From Fidelibacterota bacterium (lineage in GTDB: Bacteria; Fidelibacterota; Marinisomatia; Marinisomatales; UBA1611), in assembly GCA_028101095.1 (NCBI GenBank), contig JAOHKG010000001.1, positions 1,332 through 65,331 of the forward strand: a stretch of 64,000 bases of DNA, given 5' to 3'. Below the pieces are notes generated by a model. The model saw nothing but the letters and a program-made list of their open reading frames with translations, had not been told where the DNA came from and did not search any database. The position numbers and the translations under genes are program-made. Positions within the stretch are counted from its first letter, which is position 1, and every line of letters starts with the position of its first letter. Below are positions 9,603-19,679 of the stretch, one piece after another.

Positions 9603-12581
9603 TCAAATACCAGAAGACTCTTCTTCGTCCATAAGCTCAATTTCAGGTTTAACTGGTTTTTGTATGATTCCTAAGCCAGACATTCCGTCTAGATTAATAG
9701 TAAAGTTTTCCTCAAATTTATACCAATCTACGTATTTACCTTTTTTGTATATTTTTTCTTCTGATAACCATCGATTATCCAAATAATCTTTTTGCTTCTT
9801 ACGATCAATTGTAAAATATGCAACATGTAAACTTGTGATATTCTGAAAAAAATGACTACCAAATGAAGGATCAATTGGCAGATCGTCTCTTCCAAGTTCA
9901 ATAATAGTTTTAGCTTGTGAAATTTGTTTCCAATTAACAGGAATACCAAGCCATGGGTCTGCTGAACCCCATCTTCCAGAGCCACAAAGGATATAATTAT
10001 CACTGATAGAAAATTGACTATTCATTATTCCTATTTCATTAGCTATTTGTTTTGTTTTTGCAATATCAAATGTTGAAGGTCTAACTATTATCAGGTCTCT
10101 AATATTATTTATTTTACCATCTCCAAGAGTAACATTGCTTTTGCAAAAAACATTTTCTTTTTTAATCGTAGTATTTGTTTGATTCTTTTGTAATCCAGTC
10201 AGAACTATAGGCTTAATTTGTAAAAGACAAAATTCATTTACCCCTTTATCTGAAAGGTTTACTGCAAATTCTATTTCAACTGGACAGCCTAAAGCTGTTT
10301 TTCCAATTTTCAGCATCTCATTAGAAATATTACTTAATTCTATAACATTCCATTTTAATATTGGTGCAAATGAAACTATTCTTGTACCTTTATTATTTAA
10401 GGAGTCTTTCAATGTATTATCTTCTTGGGAGATGGTACTTCCCACCCATTTTAGCGAACCATCAATTTCCGCAGTTTTTAAAGAATAAAGCTTCAGATCT
10501 TGATCCGAATTATCTTTTTTCTTAAGGGGAAGCCCATAAAAGTGATTTTGCGAATTTTCTTTTATGGACTTTATTGAAAAAAATTGAGGAAGTATTGATG
10601 GATATTTGGGGGAAATCCGTAAACATTTCTCTCCATCAACAATAGTTCTACCGAACCCAAGAGATAGATAAGCAATACCTTCGTCTCGTTCCATGTAAGA
10701 AACAGGATAATAGTTGATACTTTTTAAAACCCCACTAAAGGTTGGATAAAACCGGTTGTTATTATCATATTTTTGACCCGCTATTTCTTGAATGATAACT
10801 GCCATTTTTTCTTCTTCTATTCGATGAGCTGTGTTTTCAAGTAAGGATTTTGCTTCACCTTTAAAAGTTGATGCATATACTCTTTTTACTGCTCTAATAA
10901 GTTCATTAAATCTTTTTTTATTAGATCTTGAATTATTCGGTAACATAAAAGTTTCATAAGTTCCAGCTAATGGTTGATATTGCGAGTCTTCTAGCAAACT
11001 AGAGGATCTTACAGCTAATGGGTGTCTATTTTCCATAATGAATGATTCAAGCCTTAACATTAAATCAATAGACAATTTACTTTTTATGAATATTTTTTCG
11101 AGCTTTTGGTCATCTTTTAGAGTTATTGCTTTTTCCCAGAGTTTATTATCTTTCATAAAACGATCAAATTCATCTGTTGCAATTACTGCAGATTTAGGAA
11201 CTCTAATTGTTATATTTTTAAACTTATCATTAAGGTTCGAGTTCATGATTAATGATTTGGCGAACCCAAGTCCTCTTGCTTTTCCTCCCAGTGATCCTCC
11301 ACATAAACGATAAAAGTCTGATTTTTCAGATCGATTTTTGGCGGTTTTATAGTCATCAACGTAGTTAAGTGGAGTTTCAATACCGCTGGTAATTTGATTA
11401 AGTAAATGTTTGCGTAGTTTTTCTCCTGATTTAAAATCTTCTACAAAATTAGGTCTCAATTTTGAAGCAAATTCAAATTCAGTACGAGCGGCTAACCAGT
11501 TCGAAAAATGATGTTTTTTTGCATGATAATAAAGAGATTCTTCTGGTACGGTTTCAATCAATGTAATTAACTCTTTTATATTTTTTGCTCTTTTAATTTC
11601 TTTATTTTTATTGACCCGAAAAATAAAATCTCCAAAACCAAAGTTCTCAATTATGTATTTTCTTAAATCATTGAGAAGCGTAGGTGAGTTTTTATGTAAA
11701 AATTCGGCTGAAATATCATTTACAATATTCCTATTATTTTCATCAGTAGACTGAAGTAGAATTGGTATGGATGGATCATCTTTTCGAATCCATTTTGCAA
11801 GATCATGACCTGCATTTGCAGATTTGATTCCTTTTCTTGGAAACCTCACATCTGAAATAACCCCGATCATATTGTTTTTATACTTTTTATAAAAATTTTG
11901 AGCTGTTTCGTAATTAGGAGTAAGTAAGACTTTAGGCCTTGCTCTTAAATGAAGTAAACGACTTGATTGGCTTAAGCTTCTATTTATTAAATTCTTGGTA
12001 TGATACATTATCTCTTTATAAATAAGCGGCAATAAGATTGAATACATTCTTGGGGAGTCTTCAACTAATAAAATAGAACGAACATCTCCTCTAATAATGT
12101 CTTGTTTTGCATTTTTTCGATCTTCGACATATTTTATTATTGCTGGGAATACACTTGCATCCCCAGACCAAATAAATATTCGATCTATTGATTTTGGAGA
12201 GATAAGGTTTGGTAGTTGTTTTAGTTCTGTTTCATCAAAAACTAGTAAAACAACAGGTTTTTTTGGGTAAAGATTTTTTATGGCACTTCCTAGGGTAATT
12301 GGATCTTGATCTTCAATTCTTAACATTACTATAACAAGATCAAACTTTTTCTTTTTTATGACTTCTAAAGCCTCATGACCATTTGAAACTCGAGTTGCCC
12401 TTGGTGCATAGTTCAAGTTCATGCCTATATACTCAGTAAGAATTTGTTCAGTAAGATGACCATCCTCTTCCAAAATAAAAGCATCGTAAGGACTTGCAAC
12501 TAAAAGGATCTCATGTACTCGATTTGGCATGAGATCTTGAAAGTCTATTTTATTTTTATTACCTAAAAAAAAGTCTGCCAT
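9603..12581 (-). CDS. multidomain protein: two receiver-like domains, a PPDK-N (PEP/pyruvate-binding, ATP-grasp) domain and an uncharacterised C-terminal region
   Basis: The ORF is 992 aa. The N-terminal HEILLVASPYDAFILEEDG...DLVIVMLRI lacks the phospho-acceptor Asp. The second domain (ILLVEDSP...IGVISDVRFP) retains an Asp. GGSLGGKARGLGF, LAVRSSSLLEDS..LAGTYETF and MAVIIQE match the PEP synthase/PPDK nucleotide-binding domain. I see no GGxTSHAA phosphohistidine motif. Confidence 0.7.
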   Translation of the reverse strand: MADFFLGNKNKIDFQDLMPNRVHEILLVASPYDAFILEEDGHLTEQILTEYIGMNLNYAPRATRVSNGHEALEVIKKKKFDLVIVMLRIEDQDPITLGSAIKNLYPKKPVVLLVFDETELKQLPNLISPKSIDRIFIWSGDASVFPAIIKYVEDRKNAKQDIIRGDVRSILLVEDSPRMYSILLPLIYKEIMYHTKNLINRSLSQSSRLLHLRARPKVLLTPNYETAQNFYKKYKNNMIGVISDVRFPRKGIKSANAGHDLAKWIRKDDPSIPILLQSTDENNRNIVNDISAEFLHKNSPTLLNDLRKYIIENFGFGDFIFRVNKNKEIKRAKNIKELITLIETVPEESLYYHAKKHHFSNWLAARTEFEFASKLRPNFVEDFKSGEKLRKHLLNQITSGIETPLNYVDDYKTAKNRSEKSDFYRLCGGSLGGKARGLGFAKSLIMNSNLNDKFKNITIRVPKSAVIATDEFDRFMKDNKLWEKAITLKDDQKLEKIFIKSKLSIDLMLRLESFIMENRHPLAVRSSSLLEDSQYQPLAGTYETFMLPNNSRSNKKRFNELIRAVKRVYASTFKGEAKSLLENTAHRIEEEKMAVIIQEIAGQKYDNNNRFYPTFSGVLKSINYYPVSYMERDEGIAYLSLGFGRTIVDGEKCLRISPKYPSILPQFFSIKSIKENSQNHFYGLPLKKKDNSDQDLKLYSLKTAEIDGSLKWVGSTISQEDNTLKDSLNNKGTRIVSFAPILKWNVIELSNISNEMLKIGKTALGCPVEIEFAVNLSDKGVNEFCLLQIKPIVLTGLQKNQTNTTIKKENVFCKSNVTLGDGKINNIRDLIIVRPSTFDIAKTKQIANEIGIMNSQFSISDNYILCGSGRWGSADPWLGIPVNWKQISQAKTIIELGRDDLPIDPSFGSHFFQNITSLHVAYFTIDRKKQKDYLDNRWLSEEKIYKKGKYVDWYKFEENFTINLDGMSGLGIIQKPVKPEIELMDEEESSGI

Positions 12582-12723
12582 ATAAAAATATACAAATGAG
12601 TTAATTAATAAAGAATATTTACTTCTTGTTGATTAAAAATTGAATAAAAGACAAAATTATTCTTTAAATTTATAATCTATTTCAGTCTTTTTTTCGAAAT
12701 TAAATTAAGTACAAAAAAAATTA

Positions 12724-13912
12724 ATGATAAAAACATTAAAAGCATTTGACCTGGAAGGGAAAAATATACTCATAAGGGTAGATTTCAATGTTCCGATGGA
12801 CAATGAGAAGGTTACTAATAATTTCAGAATAAAAGCTGCTATACCAACAATATTAACCTGTCTAGATGCTGGAGCATCAGTTATTTTAATGTCTCACCTT
12901 GGACGTCCAAATGGTGTTAAGGATGAAAAATTAAGTTTAATCCCAGTAGGAGAAGAACTCGCGAGTTTAATGGAAATACCTATAAAATTTTCAGAAGACC
13001 CTATTTCAACCGATGCTATTGATACTTCATTAAGCCTTAAGCCTGGAGAAGTTCATCTATTAGAAAATTTAAGATTTAATGATGGTGAAAAATTAAATGA
13101 TCAATTTTTTGCATCTCAGTTGGCTAGACATGGACAATTATTTATAAATGATGCTTTTGGAACTGCTCATCGTAATCATGCATCTAATGTTGGCGTTGTA
13201 AAGTCATTCAAGCATTTTGGTATTGGGTGGTTAATGGATAAAGAATTGAATTTTTTACAAAGATTTATGATTAATCCAAAACCTCCATTAACTTTAATTT
13301 TAGGCGGTGCAAAAATTGATACAAAGCTAGGGCTTATAGATCAATTCCTTTCCAAAGCTGATTATATTTTAGTTGGAGGAGGAATGGCTTTTACTTTCTT
13401 AAAAGCTAAAGGTAAAGAAGTTGGAGCATCTCTCGTTGATGAAGAGATGTTGTCTATCGCAAAATCAATTATGAATAAAGCAAGAATTCAAAATGTAAGA
13501 CTAATTTTACCTGAGGACGTAATATGTGGCGGGTCAATAGATGATCAGAAACCAAAAGGTCCTTTTGATATTAATTCTGTTCCTAAAAATCTGATGGGTT
13601 TAGATATTGGACCTAAAACTCTTGCTCGTTATAATGGGATTTTGGGTGAATCTAAAACTGTTGTGTGGAATGGGCCAATGGGCGTTTTTGAGAAAAAAGG
13701 GTATGAGGTCGGTACGAGAGAAATGGGAATACATCTTGTTAGTTGTATTGCGAATGGAACAAAAGTAATTGTGGGGGGGGGGAGATACAGCTTCTGCACT
13801 TGATGATTTTGATTTATTGGAAGAAATGACACATGTTTCAACAGGAGGGGGTGCATCACTTGAACTTTTGAGTGGTAATCAACTTCCAGCATTAAAAGTA
13901 TTGGAGAATTAA
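12724..13912 (+). CDS. pgk: phosphoglycerate kinase, reading frame interrupted by one extra G in a G10 run (13773-13782)
   Basis: Frame 1 carries [14 protein letters not shown] and NDAFGTAHR and ends artificially at 13803. After the G10 tract, the Pgk C-terminus ([12 protein letters not shown]...[15 protein letters not shown]...) continues in the +1 frame to TAA 13910-13912. The total length is 3n+1. Confidence 0.9.
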
Positions 13913-13913
13913 A

Positions 13914-14666
13914 ATGAGTAGAAAACCAATTGTTGCAGGAAATTGGAAAATGCATAAAAACACGAATGAGGGTATTAATTTTGCCTCATCAGTACAAAAC
14001 AAGCTATTAAAAGTTGGCAACGTTACTGTTATTTATGCTCCTCCATTCACGGGTTTATTTCAACTTAAAGTTAGTCCGCCCTATCACAAATCCGCTCAGA
14101 ATTGTCATTGGGAAGAAAAGGGAGCATTCACGGGGGAGACATCTGTTTCTATGATAAAAGCCTGTGGCGCAGAATATGTAATCGTTGGGCATTCAGAAAG
14201 AAGACAGTATTTTGGTGAGACCGATGAGCTTGTTAATAAAAAAATTAGTGCAATCATCTCCAGCGATTTAGATCCGATCTTTTGTATTGGTGAAACATTA
14301 AGCCAAAGAGAGTCCGGGGAAACAGCGAGTGTACTAAAAAAGCAAATTTGCGATGGTCTCAATAATATTGAATCACTAAGTTCCATTATCATAGCATACG
14401 AGCCAGTCTGGGCTATTGGAACGGGTCTAACCGCAGATGCTGAGCAGATTGAAAAAGCTCACTCACATATCGTGAATGTAGTAAGCGAATTATATAAAAA
14501 AATAAATGTAAGAGTATTGTATGGTGGTTCTGTAAATTCAAATAATGCAGATCAGTTGATAAAAATACCGAAAGTAGATGGTTTTTTGATTGGAGGCGCG
14601 AGTCTAGACGTTGAATCGTTTTCATCCATAGTACAAATTGTCGAAGATAATGAGGAGAAAAAATAA
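13914..14666 (+). CDS. tpiA: triosephosphate isomerase
   Basis: The 250-aa ORF carries AGNWKMH, VGHSERR, AYEPVWAIGTG and YGGSV motifs. Confidence 0.95.
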   Translation: MSRKPIVAGNWKMHKNTNEGINFASSVQNKLLKVGNVTVIYAPPFTGLFQLKVSPPYHKSAQNCHWEEKGAFTGETSVSMIKACGAEYVIVGHSERRQYFGETDELVNKKISAIISSDLDPIFCIGETLSQRESGETASVLKKQICDGLNNIESLSSIIIAYEPVWAIGTGLTADAEQIEKAHSHIVNVVSELYKKINVRVLYGGSVNSNNADQLIKIPKVDGFLIGGASLDVESFSSIVQIVEDNEEKK

Positions 14667-14668
14667 TT

Positions 14669-15013
14669 ATGGTTAGTTTTTTAATTGTACTACATACTCT
14701 TGTTAGTATATTTCTTATTGGAATGATACTAATGCAAGCAAGTCAAGGAGGCGGGTTGTCTGGTACCTTTGGTGGTAACGCTGCAAGCTCTGTTCTTGGA
14801 GGAAATAATGCAGGAAATGTACTTAGTAAGATTACAACATGGCTTGCTACATTGTTTTTATCATTGGCTGTTATAATAAGTATTTTAACTGGTCCTAAAA
14901 GTACTTCTTCAGTGTCACTGATAAAGCAAGAAGCTGACAATAATCCACCACAACAGATAGAAGATCCTTTAAACTCTCCGTCGAATGAGGTGCTAGATTT
15001 AGGTGGTGAATAG
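14669..15013 (+). CDS. secG: preprotein translocase subunit SecG
   Basis: The 114-aa ORF has two hydrophobic segments flanking the Gly-rich MQASQGGGLSGTFGG. It occupies the conserved position just after tpiA. Confidence 0.8.
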   Translation: MVSFLIVLHTLVSIFLIGMILMQASQGGGLSGTFGGNAASSVLGGNNAGNVLSKITTWLATLFLSLAVIISILTGPKSTSSVSLIKQEADNNPPQQIEDPLNSPSNEVLDLGGE

Positions 15014-15073
15014 AGAACTGAATTACATCGAATATTCTGATAAATAGATTTTTACTTTAAAGATTAAAAAATA

Positions 15074-15307
15074 ATGAAAGATAGTATTACAGGCTCATCT
15101 GAAGTAATTAATTTAGAGAAACTTGATAAAGAAGCTTACAGTACTCTTGCTGATTGGGCTAAGTCTGCACCGCGCATTATTAAGCAATTAGAAGCGGAAG
15201 GTAAAAAAGACGAGCTCAAAAAGTTTAAACTTCAGATTAAACTTGTTGTAAATAAACTTCAAGATATCAAACAAATTTTAAAAAAAAACTCAGATGTAAT
15301 AGGTTGA
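15074..15307 (+). CDS. hypothetical small helical/charged protein
   Basis: The 77-aa ORF is Lys/Glu-rich. I recognise no family. Confidence 0.4.
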   Translation: MKDSITGSSEVINLEKLDKEAYSTLADWAKSAPRIIKQLEAEGKKDELKKFKLQIKLVVNKLQDIKQILKKNSDVIG

Positions 15308-15513
15308 TTTACGTTTATATATTTTCACTTTTAGTTGTTGGCCAAATTATAAATTATGTATATAAGTTTTTCAAACTAAATAAAGATCAAATTAAACTTA
15401 TTATTCAAAGATATCAGTATTTTGGAACAAACCCAATTATTAAACAAACTATTATTCTTTCCTCTATGAAATTTCTCTTGAAACTTGTGAGGAAATCTTT
15501 TTTTAAATTTTAA
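15304..15513 (+). CDS. hypothetical small protein (doubtful)
   Basis: The 69-aa ORF has a non-ATG start and low-complexity, AT-driven composition. It may be non-coding leader sequence in front of the tRNA. Confidence 0.2.
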   Translation: MIYVYIFSLLVVGQIINYVYKFFKLNKDQIKLIIQRYQYFGTNPIIKQTIILSSMKFLLKLVRKSFFKF

Positions 15514-15563
15514 ATAGATTATTTTGATATAAAAGATATTTATTTTTGAAACAATTAACAAAT

Positions 15564-15647
15564 GCCGAAGTGGCGGAATTGGTAGACGCGCTAGCTTGAG
15601 GGGCTAGTAAGGTTATCCTTGTGCCGGTTCGAGTCCGGCCTTCGGTA
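15564..15647 (+). tRNA. tRNA-Leu (anticodon GAG), class II with a long variable arm; no encoded CCA
   Basis: GCCGAAGTGGCGGAATTGGTAGACGCG-CTAGC-TT[GAG]GG-GCTAG-TAAGGTTATCCTTGT-GCCGG-TTCGAGT-CCGGC-CTTCGGT-A forms a canonical Leu cloverleaf. Confidence 0.9.
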
Positions 15648-15745
15648 CTATTAGATGATATTTTTTATTATATATTTTTTTTTCATTGGGTTGATCTAGT
15701 CCTAACATTAGTTTATATTTTGCGACTTTAAAGTATCCATGACTT

Positions 15746-16897
15746 ATGAATAAACTAACTATCATAATCCTCGTATTCAGTATGAAAATTTGCCTAGCGC
15801 AAAATGTGTCTATTTTTTTTTTAAAAGATGGATCAATTATTCAGGGAAAAGTAGTTAATGAAAACCAGCACCGTATTTTTTTAAAAACAGATCAAGGAAC
15901 AATAAAAATAATTCCATCAGACATCATTGGAAGAGAAGATTCAGCAAAAAAAGGTGACTTAACATTTATGTCAGAGCGTTTAGAATATCTTCAGGGAAAT
16001 GTTACACATCTAACAGGTAAAGTAAGCCACTGGAATGATTCATTAAAGACGGTTGTGGATGATTTACAAGTCTTATTTGAAAATCTTGAAGTTTTACAGA
16101 ATGAATTTGAAATAGATCTTTTAAGATTATATTCTGAGTCAAGAGAACAAAATAAGAAAATGGACTATGTCCAAGACGATTTAGTAAATCAACGAGTAGG
16201 TATTGCTGGTAATAAACAAGAAGTAGGTACCTTAGAAGATTCTTTAGTGATGTTAAATAAAAGCTATTCTCAAATTAAACAAAAGCTTGATATCACTTCG
16301 AACCAATCTTATTTATTGACAGGAAATTTATCGAGCTTTAAAAAAGATATAATAGCTTCAAAAGATAACCAAAAAATGCAACAGAACCAGATTGATATGA
16401 TGTCTGGTGCACTAGCGAATCAAATTCAAGAAGTTACCAGAGTTCAAAGTAGTTTTAATTCTATTGAAAATATGATTAAAAATAATGGATTAGAGATTAA
16501 AAATAACGCAAATAAAATTGAACTAAAAACAAGTGAACTTTCAATAGAAATTAATAATACCGTAACAGATCTTAATAAAAAATTAGATATAATAAATAAA
16601 ACCATAGAAAATTCTGATAAGAATAATATCAAAAATCATAAAGACCTTAAGGTCGAAGTTGGTAACTTGAAAAATGATTTTGATATTATGAGCAATAAGG
16701 TCTTAGATGTAACAAGAGATCTTAAAGCTTCTAATGAAAAAGTATCTAGACTTGATGATCTTATCAGTAAACTAGATAACGATATGATTAAAGTAGAAAG
16801 CTCGATTAAAGATATGAATATTAAAATCTCAAAAATAGATTCAAAAGTATTAAGCCTTGATAAAAAAATAGATTTACTTCCAACTGAAAGTAAGTAA
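15746..16897 (+). CDS. secreted coiled-coil protein, function unknown
   Basis: The 383-aa ORF has a signal-like N-terminus (IIILVFSMKICLAQN) and a short beta-rich domain. About 300 aa of heptad-like, Asn/Lys/Asp/Leu-rich sequence follow. Confidence 0.6.
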   Translation: MNKLTIIILVFSMKICLAQNVSIFFLKDGSIIQGKVVNENQHRIFLKTDQGTIKIIPSDIIGREDSAKKGDLTFMSERLEYLQGNVTHLTGKVSHWNDSLKTVVDDLQVLFENLEVLQNEFEIDLLRLYSESREQNKKMDYVQDDLVNQRVGIAGNKQEVGTLEDSLVMLNKSYSQIKQKLDITSNQSYLLTGNLSSFKKDIIASKDNQKMQQNQIDMMSGALANQIQEVTRVQSSFNSIENMIKNNGLEIKNNANKIELKTSELSIEINNTVTDLNKKLDIINKTIENSDKNNIKNHKDLKVEVGNLKNDFDIMSNKVLDVTRDLKASNEKVSRLDDLISKLDNDMIKVESSIKDMNIKISKIDSKVLSLDKKIDLLPTESK

Positions 16898-16963
16898 TTG
16901 ATAATAAATTTCTAAAAAATAAATAACCACACAAACTTTTAAATAAAACTTCAAGAGATAAAA

Positions 16964-18262
16964 ATGATAAACTCCATTAATTTTTTTTTAATATTAATTT
17001 TAACATCATCCGCATTTTCACAGGATCCTGAATCAAGCTATAATAAAGGCATAAAGCTCTTGGAAGAAAATCAATTATTGCAGGCGGAAGAGTCCTTAAA
17101 TAAATCTTTAAGTATTGATCCTAGTTTTGCGCCTGCAATTCAAGGTCTTTCTAAATTATATTTACATAAAGGAGATTTGAAAAAAGCTAATGAATATGCT
17201 ATAAAAGCAGTCCAAGCAGATGAAGATTTTAGAGACTGGTCAGGGAAAATCTCTAAAATATCAGAACATATCCAGAATGGTAATAGAAATGTCCAGCAAG
17301 GGTTATATGATGATGCAATTAAAGAATACGATGCTATTCTTAGCTCCCATCCATATTTTCCAGACGCTGAATTCTATAAAGGACTTACTAGATTTAGACA
17401 GAAAAATATTGATGGAGCAGCAGAACATTTTAGTAAAGCATTAAAAATCTACCCCGAGCACTCAAAAGCAAGAAAGGGCCTTGATAATGTAACTAAGCAG
17501 TTTCTAAATGCTGGAAATAAATCTTATAAACGAGGTGACTTATCAAAAGCTTCTGATTACTATGAAAAAGCACTTTCATTTGATCCCAACTTCTATTTAG
17601 CTTATTTCCAATTGGGAGTTTTACAAAAGAAACAAGGTAAATCTTCAATGGCGATAAACTCTTTGAGCAGGGTTCTTGAAATCAAGCCAGATCATGATAA
17701 AACTTGGTTTACTCTTGGAACCGCTCATGAATCAGATGGGAATTTGGATGAAGCAATATTACACTATTCAAAAGCAATTGAAATTAACCCTGGATATTCA
17801 AAGGCATATGGGAACTTAGGTAAGCTACTTACTGAGCAAAATGATTATAAAAGAGCAGAAGACATCCTTAAAACAATTATCCAAATAGATCCAAACTATG
17901 CAGATGCATTTATGCGTTTGGGATTACTTTATGCTCTTCAAGAAAATTTTGTTGAAGCAGTAGAAAACTTAAAGATTTCCACAAAAATAGATGAAAAAGA
18001 TTATAATAAGTTTTTCAACTTAGCCTCAGCATTTAATCATTTAGAAAAATATAAAGAAGCATCTGAAGCTGCCCAATCTTGTGTTGATTTAAAGAGCAAG
18101 TTTGGTGGAGGATGGCTTGAACTTGGAATTGCAGCGAGAGGTAATAGAAATAATACGAGAGCAAAAAAATATTTTGAAGAAGCGCGTAAGGATAGAGATT
18201 GGAGAAAAATGGCAGAACGAAAAATAGATGAAATAAATAATCCAGCAAAATATGAAAAATAA
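16964..18262 (+). CDS. tetratricopeptide (TPR) repeat protein, secreted
   Basis: The 432-aa ORF has a signal-like N-terminus and many 34-aa TPR units (A..Y..AL..DP....A...LG). Confidence 0.8.
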   Translation: MINSINFFLILILTSSAFSQDPESSYNKGIKLLEENQLLQAEESLNKSLSIDPSFAPAIQGLSKLYLHKGDLKKANEYAIKAVQADEDFRDWSGKISKISEHIQNGNRNVQQGLYDDAIKEYDAILSSHPYFPDAEFYKGLTRFRQKNIDGAAEHFSKALKIYPEHSKARKGLDNVTKQFLNAGNKSYKRGDLSKASDYYEKALSFDPNFYLAYFQLGVLQKKQGKSSMAINSLSRVLEIKPDHDKTWFTLGTAHESDGNLDEAILHYSKAIEINPGYSKAYGNLGKLLTEQNDYKRAEDILKTIIQIDPNYADAFMRLGLLYALQENFVEAVENLKISTKIDEKDYNKFFNLASAFNHLEKYKEASEAAQSCVDLKSKFGGGWLELGIAARGNRNNTRAKKYFEEARKDRDWRKMAERKIDEINNPAKYEK

Positions 18263-18265
18263 AAG

Positions 18266-18967
18266 ATGAGTGATTCAAAAACAAGAGGAGTTATCTTTGA
18301 TCTAGATAACACATTACTAGATTTTATGAAAATGAAAGAATTCGCTGTAAAAGCTGCAATCCGGGGTATGATTGAAGCGGGACTTCTTATTGATGAAAAA
18401 GAGTCTTATGACGAAATTATCGCTATCTACGGAGAATTTGGTTGGGAAAACCAACAGGTCTTTGATGTTTTCATTGAAAAGCAAATTGGAAGGGTTGAAC
18501 ATAAATATCTGGCGGCAGGTATTGTTGCTTACAGAAGGGCAAGAGAAGCTAATCTAATGGTATACCCAAATGTTAACAAAACTTTGATGTCACTTGCTAA
18601 GTCTGGTATCAAATTAGGGGTGGTCTCGGATGCTCCAAGTCGTGAAGCTTGGATGAGAATATATTATCTAAACTTATATCATTTTTTTGATGCTGTCATA
18701 ACCTTTGATGATACGGGTGAAAGAAAACCATCAGAAAAACCATTTAGAATGTGCTTAGAGAAACTTGATTTAGACCCTAATGAAACTATTATGGTTGGTG
18801 ATTGGCCTGACAGGGATGTAGTTGGAGCAAAAAAAATAGGTATGAAAACTGCTTTTGCACGCTATGGAGACACATTTGGTACAGTTAACTCGGGCGCTGA
18901 TTGGGACCTAAGTGATATTTATCAATTAGTAATGATTATTAATGAACATAATTCAAAATTCATCTAA
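18266..18967 (+). CDS. HAD-superfamily hydrolase (phosphatase)
   Basis: HAD motif I (VIFDLDNTLLDF), motif II (VVSDA) and motifs III/IV (K...GDWPDRDVVGAKKIGM) are all present. Confidence 0.8.
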   Translation: MSDSKTRGVIFDLDNTLLDFMKMKEFAVKAAIRGMIEAGLLIDEKESYDEIIAIYGEFGWENQQVFDVFIEKQIGRVEHKYLAAGIVAYRRAREANLMVYPNVNKTLMSLAKSGIKLGVVSDAPSREAWMRIYYLNLYHFFDAVITFDDTGERKPSEKPFRMCLEKLDLDPNETIMVGDWPDRDVVGAKKIGMKTAFARYGDTFGTVNSGADWDLSDIYQLVMIINEHNSKFI

Positions 18968-19322
18968 TTTTTTTATAGGAACAGATATTATTGAAGTTGA
19001 GAGAATTAAGAACTCAATAATAAAAAATGGACAAACATTTCTGAACCGATTATATACTCCCATTGAGCAAAAATATTGTACAAAAAATAAAAATTCTTAT
19101 ATTCACTTTGCGGGAAGATTCGCCGCAAAAGAAGCAATAATTAAATCTTTGAAATCTTCTGGTTATAAAAAACAAATTCCCTTTAAGTCAATTGAGATTA
19201 TATCTCTTGAAAATGGTGAACCAAAAGTTGAGTTACATTTTAAACAAAATGGTTTATGCAAAGTTTCAATCTCTCATATTAAAATGTATGCAATTGCCTT
19301 TTCAATTTATACGTTGAATTAA
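18942..19322 (+). CDS. acpS: holo-[acyl-carrier-protein] synthase
   Basis: The 126-aa ORF carries IGTDIIEVERI, FAGRFAAKEAIIKSL and a C-terminal ISHIKMYAIAF. Confidence 0.85.
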   Translation: MNIIQNSSNFFIGTDIIEVERIKNSIIKNGQTFLNRLYTPIEQKYCTKNKNSYIHFAGRFAAKEAIIKSLKSSGYKKQIPFKSIEIISLENGEPKVELHFKQNGLCKVSISHIKMYAIAFSIYTLN

Positions 19323-19331
19323 AACTTTATA

Positions 19332-19679
19332 ATGAGAAATAAAAGAGCTCACTTTTTTCTTTTTTCAGCACTTATTTTATTAGGTTCAAGTATACCAAGC
19401 TCATCGATACCAAGTAGTTTTATATTAGGTTTTGATAAAATAATACATTTCATAGAGTACACTGTTTTTGGAATTCTAGGTATCAGATCAAATTATAAAA
19501 TTTTTAACTCTGTAAATATATTTATCCTTTCCTTTGGTTTGGTTTTCTGTGTATTTGATGAACTTTGGCAATCTACTATTCCCGGAAGAGATTCAAGCTT
19601 TTATGATGTAATTGCAGATTATTCAGGCCTTATTTTTAGTCTTTTCCTCTATAAATATATAAGAAAGATTATTAAATGA
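19332..19679 (+). CDS. VanZ-like family membrane protein
   Basis: The 115-aa ORF has DKIIHFIEYTVFG and DELWQSTIPGRDSSFYDVIAD motifs and hydrophobic segments. Confidence 0.65.
   Translation: MRNKRAHFFLFSALILLGSSIPSSSIPSSFILGFDKIIHFIEYTVFGILGIRSNYKIFNSVNIFILSFGLVFCVFDELWQSTIPGRDSSFYDVIADYSGLIFSLFLYKYIRKIIK

Noticed and set aside
9603-12581. Calling the 992-aa protein a bona fide PEP synthase or pyruvate phosphate dikinase
   Set aside because: Only the N-terminal ATP-grasp (PPDK-N) motifs are recognisable. The phosphohistidine swivel motif and the C-terminal PEP-utilizer barrel motifs are absent, so a catalytic PEP synthase call is not supported.
13773-13782. Programmed ribosomal frameshift or phase variation in pgk
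   Set aside because: pgk is a single-copy core glycolytic gene with no known programmed frameshift. A one-base error in a 9-10 G homopolymer is the simpler explanation. I kept it as a finding only so that it can be verified from reads.
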